In this document: in pieces, positions 1 to 7,033 of the stretch
How the letters are laid out: every line of letters begins with the position of its first letter
Position numbering within the stretch: position 1 is the stretch's first letter
Source of the DNA: Burkholderiales bacterium
GTDB lineage: Bacteria; Pseudomonadota; Gammaproteobacteria; Burkholderiales; SG8-39
Direction: 5' to 3'
Length of the DNA: 32,053 bases
Assembly: GCA_035280965.1 (NCBI GenBank)
Contig: DATEEW010000327.1
Location: 1 to 32,053, forward strand
Made by a program: the position numbers and the translations under genes
Notes under the pieces: generated by a model
What the model was told of the DNA's origin: nothing
The model's database searches: none
What the model saw: only the letters and a program-made list of their open reading frames with translations

Positions 1-2
1 CT

Positions 3-1262
3 TTGGCCACCGCCAAGGACTATATGGAGTTGCTTTTCGGCGAACGCGTAAACGAAAAGCTGGTGGGGGACTTGAATCCTCTCGATGTAGTGGAGGTGAA
101 TTTCCCCAATGCGTCGGGCGGCTTCGATACCAAATTTTTGGAATTCCGTTTCTCCCGCGTGTATGAACAAGGGGTGCTATCGCATCTTCTGGTGACGGTG
201 AACGACATCAGCGAGCGGATCAAACTGCAACGCGAACTTTATGCTTCACAGGAGCGTGCGGAAGCGCAGATGGACTTGCTGATGGAGGTGCTGCATATGG
301 AACCCCAGGTGTTGCGCAACTTCCTCGTGGGGACGCGCGATGCGCTGGAGGGGGTGAATGATGTGCTGAAGCAGCCGGTGCGGCACCAGGAAGACTATGG
401 TCAAAAAGTGGCTTCGATTTTCCGCCTGGTTCATCGCGTAAAAGGTGACGCTGCTGCGGCCGGTCTCCGCAGCATCGAATCTGCAGCGCACGAAATCGAA
501 AATTCATTGGATGGACTGCGCAAGCTGCCCCGCATCGGCGGTAACGATTTTCTGGCCCTGGCGGTACGCTTGGACCTGCTGTTCGCGCGCGTCGAAGCTT
601 TGGACGCGTTGCTGCAAAAGTTCGGCAGTTTGCAGAGCGTGGCGGCCGAGACCCGCGTGGAAGCGTCACCGTGGACTGTCTACGAACAATTGGCAAAACG
701 TGTCGCCGAGCGGCAGGGCAAGCGAGTGAGCTTTGCTTACCGGGGCGTCGATTACGAGGCCATACCCGAGCGTTATCGCAATGCCATTGGCGACATGCTC
801 ACGCAGTTCGTTCGCAATGCCTGCGTACACGGCATCGAAACTCCTGAGGTTCGCAGCGCGATGGGCAAATCGCCGATAGGTGAGTTGAGCGCAAGTGTCT
901 TACATACCCGGAATAGCGGCCTCGAGTTCTCGCTGCGCGATGACGGCGCCGGGCTGTCCGTGGAAAAAATCCGTGCATCGGTGATCGAGAGCGGCAGGAT
1001 GAGCGCGGCGGAAGCCGCCGCCAGCCCCGCCGCGAAGTTGCTGCACTTCATTTTTGAACCGGCTTTCTCCACGGCGAACAGCATCGATGAGGACGCAGGC
1101 CGTGGCGTCGGACTGGACCTGGTAAAAACCTTGGCTCAAAGCCTCGGTGGGCGGATTCGCTTGAGCAGTGTGCCGGGCAGCTACACCGAGTTTCGAGTCA
1201 GCTTCCCGCCCCTGAGTGCGCCACAGGGCGCAGAACGTCTGCCAGAAGGAGTAGCGGCATGA
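3..1262 (+). CDS. CheA-class sensor histidine kinase (HPt domain + HATPase catalytic domain, no CheW-like P5 domain); 5' end cut by the window edge
   Basis: The ORF is open to the window start. HPt signature 'RLVHRVKGDAAAAGL'. CheA-type N-box 'QFVRNACVHGIE', G1 'LRDDGAGL', G2 'GRGVGLDLV'. No DHp H-box is visible. The protein ends about 40 aa after G2. Its stop overlaps the next start (ATGA at 1259-1262). Confidence 0.8.
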   Translation: MATAKDYMELLFGERVNEKLVGDLNPLDVVEVNFPNASGGFDTKFLEFRFSRVYEQGVLSHLLVTVNDISERIKLQRELYASQERAEAQMDLLMEVLHMEPQVLRNFLVGTRDALEGVNDVLKQPVRHQEDYGQKVASIFRLVHRVKGDAAAAGLRSIESAAHEIENSLDGLRKLPRIGGNDFLALAVRLDLLFARVEALDALLQKFGSLQSVAAETRVEASPWTVYEQLAKRVAERQGKRVSFAYRGVDYEAIPERYRNAIGDMLTQFVRNACVHGIETPEVRSAMGKSPIGELSASVLHTRNSGLEFSLRDDGAGLSVEKIRASVIESGRMSAAEAAASPAAKLLHFIFEPAFSTANSIDEDAGRGVGLDLVKTLAQSLGGRIRLSSVPGSYTEFRVSFPPLSAPQGAERLPEGVAA

Positions 1263-1666
1263 GCGCTGTGCTCGAGCCAGTCGTGGACGCTCGGGTCAAG
1301 ATGATGGTGGTCGACGACTCCAATGTCATCCGCGGAAAAATAAGTCGCGCCATCGATCAAGAAAATATCGACCTCATCGGCACTGCGAAAAACGGTCGTG
1401 AAGCGATAGTGTTATTCGCCAAGGAAAAACCAAAGCTTGTGACCATGGATCTCACCATGCCGGAAATGGACGGCATCGAATGTATCGGTCAAATCGTCAA
1501 GCTTCGCGCGGATGTCTTGATCCTCGTAATTTCAGCGCTGAACGACAAAGCCATCGCCATCGAGGCGTTGAAATTAGGCGCACACGGTTTTCTATGCAAA
1601 CCCTTTTCCGAAGACGAACTCAACGACGCCATCAAAGAATTAATACAAGGAGCGAGAAATGGATGA
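1259..1666 (+). CDS. CheY-like single-domain response regulator (REC)
   Basis: 135 aa. 'MMVVDDS' acidic pocket, phospho-acceptor context 'LVTMDLTMPEMDG', 'VISAL', conserved Lys in 'LCKPF'. The ATG overlaps the kinase stop codon. Confidence 0.9.
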   Translation: MSAVLEPVVDARVKMMVVDDSNVIRGKISRAIDQENIDLIGTAKNGREAIVLFAKEKPKLVTMDLTMPEMDGIECIGQIVKLRADVLILVISALNDKAIAIEALKLGAHGFLCKPFSEDELNDAIKELIQGARNG

Positions 1667-2105
1667 AGAACGCCTGCAAGTATTTATCGATGGCGTGACC
1701 CGCTATTTCAAACAAGTGACGCATCGCGCCGCCGAAGTGGGCACGCCTTATCTAGCTGAAGGCGCCGACAAGGTTGCGTACGATTACACGGGCATTATCG
1801 GCATTTCGGGCATACGCAAAGGTTGTGTGTATTTCACGGCGCCGACGCTGATGCTCAAGAGCCTCTTGCTTGCGCTCGGCGAAACCGATACCAGCGCAGA
1901 AAATCAGGCGGACCTCGTAGGCGAGGTCGCCAATACGATTTCGGGCAATGCGCGCCGCAGTTTCGGGTCGGAATTCGTGATATCCACGCCGACGATTGTG
2001 CCGGGCTCTTTAGGGCAAACGGCTTTGCCGCACGAGACGCGTTCGTTCGTCATCCCGATCACTTGGCAAAAACATCAGTCCGGTTTGGTGATTACGCTGC
2101 AATGA
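1659..2105 (+). CDS. CheX/CheC-family protein (putative CheY~P phosphatase)
   Basis: 148 aa. 'DLVGEVANTISGNARR' resembles the CheX E..N..G.A helix. 8-nt overlap with the REC gene, so the three genes form one translationally coupled unit. Confidence 0.65.
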   Translation: MDEERLQVFIDGVTRYFKQVTHRAAEVGTPYLAEGADKVAYDYTGIIGISGIRKGCVYFTAPTLMLKSLLLALGETDTSAENQADLVGEVANTISGNARRSFGSEFVISTPTIVPGSLGQTALPHETRSFVIPITWQKHQSGLVITLQ

Positions 2106-2219
2106 AGCGCGCTGCGATATGCACCAGCAAAGCGCGAAAAAACATCCTTCGCACCAAGCTGTGGCGCATCGCGCACCGAAAATGCACGCAAACGCATGAT
2201 TTGCGGCTAAGACGGTGCG

Positions 2220-2235
2220 TGGCATAGGCGTTGCT
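2220..2235 (+). promoter_or_regulatory. sigma-54 (RpoN) -24/-12 promoter core upstream of the nitrate reductase gene
   Basis: TGGCATaggcgTTGCT. GG at 2221-2222 and GC at 2233-2234 are separated by exactly 10 nt, matching TGGCAC-N5-TTGCW. It lies 29 nt upstream of ATG 2264. The nitrogen-assimilation context fits RpoN/NtrC-type control. Confidence 0.6.
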
Positions 2236-2263
2236 CTTTATCGGTCCTGATTAAGGGCAGTTC

Positions 2264-4993
2264 ATGCGTGAAACGAAATCCACTTGTTGTTATTGCGGCG
2301 TCGGCTGCGGTGTCATTATCCAATCCGAAGGGGAGCGGATTGTCGGTGTGCGGGGCGATCCGGAGCATCCGGCGAACTTCGGCCGCTTGTGTACCAAAGG
2401 CGCAACCCTGCATTTGAGCGCGATGCGCGACGATACGCGTGCCCTTTTTCCCGAACTGCGCCATGGCCGTGACGAGCCCCGCCAACGGACGAGTTGGGAC
2501 GAGGCCTTGGATCTGGCGGCAGAGAAATTCGCCGCCACCATACGCGAGCACGGTCCGGACAGCGTCGCCTTCTATATATCTGGCCAGTTGCTCACCGAGG
2601 ACTATTACGTCTTCAACAAGCTGGTGAAGGGCTTCATCGGCACCAACAATGTCGACACCAATTCGCGGCTTTGCATGTCGAGCGCGGTGGCCGGCTACAA
2701 AGCGACATTGGGTGCCGATGCGCCGCCCGCCTGCTATGACGATATCAAAGACGCCGGGCTGATTTTTATCGCCGGTTCGAACACCGCCGTTGCTCACCCA
2801 ATTGTCTTCCGCCGCATCGAAGATGAACGCGCCAAGCGACCGAATTTAAAAATGATCGTTGTTGACCCACGCCGCACCGATACGGCGAGCGTTGCCGATT
2901 TGCATTTGCCCATTTTGCCCGGCACCGACATCGCTCTCTACAACGCGATGCTGCATGTGATGTTGTGGGAGGGTATGTGCGATATGAATTACGTCCGTGC
3001 GCATACCGAGGGTTTCGATGCGCTGAAGGAAACCCTGCGCGAATATACGCCTGAAGCAGCGGCCCGGATTTGCGGCGTGCCGGCGGCGGATATCATCCAG
3101 GCGGCCAAGTGGTTTGTCGAAGCCGGTCCTACGCTATCAATGTATTGCCAGGGCTTGAATCAATCCACGCATGGCACCGACAACAATGCGGCGCTGATCA
3201 ATCTGCATTTGGCGACAGCGCAAATCGGCAAACCCGGTGCCGGACCCTTTTCACTCACAGGGCAACCGAATGCAATGGGCGGTCGCGAGGTTGGTGGTCT
3301 GTCGAATCTCTTGTCGGCTCATCGCGATCTCGCTAATCCGGAGCATCGCGCCGAAGTGGCCAAGCTGTGGGGCGTCGAGAGCGTGCCCGCGACGCCGGGA
3401 AAAAGTGCAGTCGAAATATTCGATGCGATTCTTGAAGGCAAGATCAAGGCGCTGTGGATCGCTTGTACCAACCCCGCGCAATCCATGCCGCACCTTTCGC
3501 ATGTGCACAAGGCCTTGAGCCAATGCGAATTCGTCGTTTTGCAGGAAGCGTTCGCGAATACCGACACGGCAGCTTTCGCCGACGTACTCCTACCCGCCAC
3601 CACCTGGGGTGAAAAAACCGGCACCGTCACGAATTCAGAACGTCGTATCACGCGTGTCCTTCCCGCAGTGACCGCGCCAGGAGAAACGAAGCATGACTGG
3701 CAGATCGCGGTCGATTTCGCGCATCACCTCGGCCGCGCCCTGGACGACCCTCGGGCGCCCAAGCTTTTTCCGTATGAAGACGCTGAATCTATTTTCAACG
3801 AGCATCGTGAAACGACACGCGAACGCGATCTGGACATCACCGGGCTGTCCTATGCGATGCTCGAAAGCGTGGGGCCGCAGCAATGGCCCTTGCCCGAAGG
3901 TGCGAGCGCGGGCAAGGTGCGGTTATACGAAGACGGCGTCTATCCCACTCCCAGCGGCCGTGCGCGTTTCGCCAACACTAAACATCGGGCCACGGCCGAA
4001 GACATCGACGCGCGTTTCCCCATTCATTTGAACACCGGACGTCTGCGCGATCAGTGGCACGGCATGAGCCGTACCGGTACCGTGGCTCGGCTCTACAACC
4101 ATGTTGCCGAACCGCTATTGAGCATGAATCCCGCAGACATGCAGCGGCGTCATCTCAGAGACGGCGATCTGGTACGGGTAAAGGGTAAGCGCGGGCAACA
4201 AGTTGTGCGCGTGCAAGCTTCTGCCGATGTACGCGCGGCGCAGGTTTTTATGCCTATGCATTGGGGTGGCCAGTTTATGCACGGCATGGGGGTCAATGCG
4301 TTAATGCCGCGCAACTTCGATCCCGTATCCAAGCAACCGGAACTGAAACATGCGGCCGTGCAAATCGAATACGCTGATTTGCCGGGAACGCTGGTGGCGA
4401 TGCGCCGGTTTGCGGCGGGCGCCGAATCCTCCGCATTGACACTGATGCGCGCGCTGCAAACATATTTGCAGCGTTTCGACTATGCCACCGTCGGTCTGGC
4501 CGGTCGCGACGACGACGTTGTGGTGTTTCGCGGATTCTCCGCCGAGCAGATGGACCTGGATGTGGTGCATGAAATCGATGCTTTGCTCGGTCTCGATGCA
4601 AAAGATGCGGTGATGCGTTTCGCCGACCCGCGCCGCGGGGTGTTTAAAGCTGCTCGCGTACAGGATGGCATTGTGAGTGCGGTGAGTCTCTGCGGCGAAA
4701 CGGCCGCGCAAGAGTGGATCCGCAATATGATGGTGGATGGCGCTTCTGCCGAAGCGGTTCGTCCCTGGATTCTGGCGCCGATATCCTCACCGCCGCGCGG
4801 CTCGATGAGTAGAGGGCGTATCGTGTGCAATTGTCTCGATGTGGCGGAAAGCGAAATCCAGCGCGTAATCGCGCTGGGCGCTGATTTCGAAAGTTTACAA
4901 GTGAAACTAAAATGCGGCACACAATGCGGTTCTTGCGTGCCGGAAGTGCGGCGGATGTGCGCTGGCGCACAAAGCGTAGAGCAGGCGGCTTAA
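2264..4993 (+). CDS. nasA: assimilatory nitrate reductase catalytic subunit (molybdopterin oxidoreductase with C-terminal BFD-like 2Fe-2S domain)
   Basis: 909 aa. N-terminal 4Fe-4S motif 'CCYCGVGCGV...C'. Molybdopterin-oxidoreductase body ('AGSNTAVAHPIVF', 'TTWGEKTGTVTNSERR', 'LNTGRLRDQWH'). C-terminal 'CNCLDV...CGTQCGSC' BFD-like 2Fe-2S motif. Lies in a nirBD/cobA/narK context. Confidence 0.95.
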   Translation: MRETKSTCCYCGVGCGVIIQSEGERIVGVRGDPEHPANFGRLCTKGATLHLSAMRDDTRALFPELRHGRDEPRQRTSWDEALDLAAEKFAATIREHGPDSVAFYISGQLLTEDYYVFNKLVKGFIGTNNVDTNSRLCMSSAVAGYKATLGADAPPACYDDIKDAGLIFIAGSNTAVAHPIVFRRIEDERAKRPNLKMIVVDPRRTDTASVADLHLPILPGTDIALYNAMLHVMLWEGMCDMNYVRAHTEGFDALKETLREYTPEAAARICGVPAADIIQAAKWFVEAGPTLSMYCQGLNQSTHGTDNNAALINLHLATAQIGKPGAGPFSLTGQPNAMGGREVGGLSNLLSAHRDLANPEHRAEVAKLWGVESVPATPGKSAVEIFDAILEGKIKALWIACTNPAQSMPHLSHVHKALSQCEFVVLQEAFANTDTAAFADVLLPATTWGEKTGTVTNSERRITRVLPAVTAPGETKHDWQIAVDFAHHLGRALDDPRAPKLFPYEDAESIFNEHRETTRERDLDITGLSYAMLESVGPQQWPLPEGASAGKVRLYEDGVYPTPSGRARFANTKHRATAEDIDARFPIHLNTGRLRDQWHGMSRTGTVARLYNHVAEPLLSMNPADMQRRHLRDGDLVRVKGKRGQQVVRVQASADVRAAQVFMPMHWGGQFMHGMGVNALMPRNFDPVSKQPELKHAAVQIEYADLPGTLVAMRRFAAGAESSALTLMRALQTYLQRFDYATVGLAGRDDDVVVFRGFSAEQMDLDVVHEIDALLGLDAKDAVMRFADPRRGVFKAARVQDGIVSAVSLCGETAAQEWIRNMMVDGASAEAVRPWILAPISSPPRGSMSRGRIVCNCLDVAESEIQRVIALGADFESLQVKLKCGTQCGSCVPEVRRMCAGAQSVEQAA

Positions 4994-5053
4994 AGAGGCG
5001 CGAATAGTGCTAGGTCTGAAGTCGGCGATGGGTGTCGGAACGGGAATGCAAGC

Positions 5054-6034
5054 ATGAGCTGGGGACATTTGATTCGTGAAATCGGGCGCGGGGCCCATGG
5101 TTCCCGCGATCTGGATATCGAACAAGCATCGCTATTGTTTGGCGCGATGCTGGACGGTGGTGTGCCGGAGTTGGAACTGGGCGCGATCGCACTGGCGATG
5201 CGCATGAAAACGGAGTCGTCCGCCGAACTCACGGGTTTTTACGCGGCGCTCTCCGGTCGCGTTCATCGGCTCACTGCGCCGGACAATGGTGTGAAACCGG
5301 TCGTCTTGCCTTCTTATAATGGCGCGCGCAAGCAACCCAATCTGGTGCCGCTCGTAGCCTTTGCTTTACAACGATTGGGCATCCCGGTGCTGATTCACGG
5401 CTTGTTGGAAGGCAACGGCCGCGTCGCGAGCGCGTATATCTTTCGCGAACTCGGTTTGTTGCCGAGCGCGACGCTCGCGCAAGCGCAACGCAGTATCAAT
5501 TCCAGCAAAATCGCATTTGTACCCACGGCAGTGTTATCGCCGGGATTGGCGCAATTGCTCGCGTTGCGTAGCCGCTTGGGCGTGCGCAATAGCGCGCACA
5601 CCGTCGCGAAAATGATTGATCCCTTCGAAGCGGGCGGCATGCGGCTCGTCGCCGTCACGCATCCCGATTATTTGGATAAACAAAAGGAAGTGCTGCAGGA
5701 CATCGGCGGGACGTCCTTGTTGATGCGTGGCTCAGAAGGCGAACCCTATGCGGCGCCACGCCGGCGTCCGCGTATCGAACTCATACGCGACGGCTATTGC
5801 GAAGTGCTCTTCGAGCAGGAACATATGGTGGTGAAGGAAGGCGATTTCGTCCAGCACGATATCGAAGCCAAAGCGACCGCCGCCTATATTCGCAGCATGC
5901 TCGACGGCGAACTGCCCATGCCGTTGCCTATCGTGAATCAAATCGCCTGCTGCCTCTATGCCTGCGGCTACGCCGAAGACCTCAATCAGGCTAAAGCCAT
6001 CGCAGCAGTCGAAACCCGCAGCTTCGCGGCCTAG
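5054..6034 (+). CDS. ybiB: YbiB-like TrpD2 protein (anthranilate phosphoribosyltransferase paralogue, nucleic-acid-binding family)
   Basis: 326 aa. The N-terminus 'LIREIGRGAHGSRDLD...ELELGAIALAMRMKTES.AEL.GFY' and 'VVLPSYNGARKQPNLVPL' closely parallel E. coli YbiB as I remember it ('IIKEIGRGKNHARDLD...', 'IPSYNGARKQANLTPL'). Confidence 0.8.
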   Translation: MSWGHLIREIGRGAHGSRDLDIEQASLLFGAMLDGGVPELELGAIALAMRMKTESSAELTGFYAALSGRVHRLTAPDNGVKPVVLPSYNGARKQPNLVPLVAFALQRLGIPVLIHGLLEGNGRVASAYIFRELGLLPSATLAQAQRSINSSKIAFVPTAVLSPGLAQLLALRSRLGVRNSAHTVAKMIDPFEAGGMRLVAVTHPDYLDKQKEVLQDIGGTSLLMRGSEGEPYAAPRRRPRIELIRDGYCEVLFEQEHMVVKEGDFVQHDIEAKATAAYIRSMLDGELPMPLPIVNQIACCLYACGYAEDLNQAKAIAAVETRSFAA

Positions 6035-6226
6035 CTCAAGCGCCGCCATTTTCTGGTGTCGCCTCCGATTCCCGGAGTTTCGCGACCCACATTTCTTTAA
6101 CTGAATATTTCAGGCGTGCCCCAGGCTGGGGCGCAAAAACGGGTAATGCACCGTCATTTGGCGGGCGAGCGGATGCGTCTGCACCGAAAGTGCTTTATTT
6201 CGTTCAATACGTTGCATAAATGTGCG

Positions 6227-6242
6227 TGGCATAGGCCTTGCT
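6227..6242 (+). promoter_or_regulatory. second sigma-54-type -24/-12 core, immediately upstream of cobA
   Basis: TGGCATaggccTTGCT. GG at 6228-6229 and GC at 6240-6241 with 10-nt spacing. The 22-nt block 6222-6243 is 21/22 identical to 2215-2236. It is only 14 nt from the -12 C to ATG 6256, which makes function uncertain. Confidence 0.45.
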
Positions 6243-6255
6243 CAAGATCAGCCTC

Positions 6256-7014
6256 ATGGAAACGAAAGGCAAAGTTTTATTGGTGGGCGCAGGGCCGGGC
6301 GATGTGGAATTACTCACGCTGAAAGCGGTACGCGCGCTCGGCGAAGCGGATGTGATTTTGATCGACGATTTGGTCAGCCGCGAAATCCTGCAATACGCGC
6401 GCGCCAATGCGCGCATCATCGAAGTGGGCAAACGCGGGGGATGCAAATCCACACCGCAGGCCTTCATCGAAAAAATGCTGGTGAATTTCGCAAATGAAGG
6501 ATTGATCGTCGCCAGGCTGAAAGGCGGCGATCCGTTTGTGTTTGGTCGTGGCGGCGAAGAAATGCTGGCGCTGCGCGAAGCGGGCGTCGACTACGAAATC
6601 GTGCCCGGCATCACAGCCGGTATTGGCGCCACCAGTGCCATCGAAATTCCCGTCACGCATCGCAGTTTGTCTCATGGCGTGACTTTCGTGACCGGCCATT
6701 TGCGCGACGGGAGCATGCCGAACTGGCAGGCGCTCGCGCAAAGCGGTACGACACTTGTGATTTATATGGGCATCGCCAACCTCGCTTCGATTCTCGAAGG
6801 GCTGAGCGCGGGCGGCATGTCGATGGATACGCCGGCTGCAGCGGTGCAAGCCGGCACATTGCCCACGCAACGGAGCGTGATCGGCACTCTGGGAACTCTG
6901 GAACGAGAAGTAGGGGTCGCGCATATCTCGAGCCCCGCGCTGATCGTGATCGGAAAAGTGGTCAATCTGGCGCGTGTCGTCGCTGAAGCGCAAAGCATGC
7001 GCGACGCCGCTTAG
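6256..7014 (+). CDS. cobA: uroporphyrinogen-III C-methyltransferase (SUMT; siroheme branch)
   Basis: 'GKVLLVGAGPGDVELLTLKA', 'ARLKGGDPFVFGRGGEE', 'VPGITAG' are canonical SUMT motifs. I prefer ATG 6256 (METKGK...). The TTG at 6238 used by the ORF track is the -12 TTGC of the promoter-like core. Confidence 0.92.
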   Translation: METKGKVLLVGAGPGDVELLTLKAVRALGEADVILIDDLVSREILQYARANARIIEVGKRGGCKSTPQAFIEKMLVNFANEGLIVARLKGGDPFVFGRGGEEMLALREAGVDYEIVPGITAGIGATSAIEIPVTHRSLSHGVTFVTGHLRDGSMPNWQALAQSGTTLVIYMGIANLASILEGLSAGGMSMDTPAAAVQAGTLPTQRSVIGTLGTLEREVGVAHISSPALIVIGKVVNLARVVAEAQSMRDAA

Positions 7015-7033
7015 CATCGCAGGAGCATTGGAA

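Noticed and set aside
2207-2797. 196-aa minus-strand ORF overlapping the nitrate reductase 5' end
   Set aside because: Antisense to the 4Fe-4S/molybdopterin N-terminus of the nitrate reductase. It would also run across the sigma-54 core.
6062-6080. Small hairpin CTCCGattcCGGAG followed by TTT after the ybiB-like gene (possible terminator)
   Set aside because: Only a 5-bp stem and a 3-T tail. That is too weak to call as an intrinsic terminator without transcript data.
6974-7033. ORF-track 5' extensions (nirB from 6974, nirD from 9467, LOG gene from 28126, ppk2 from 25478, msrB from 21163, cobA from 6238)
   Set aside because: Each extension overlaps the upstream gene or a regulatory motif, or uses TTG without an RBS. 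In each case an internal ATG with a good SD gives a protein whose N-terminus matches the family.
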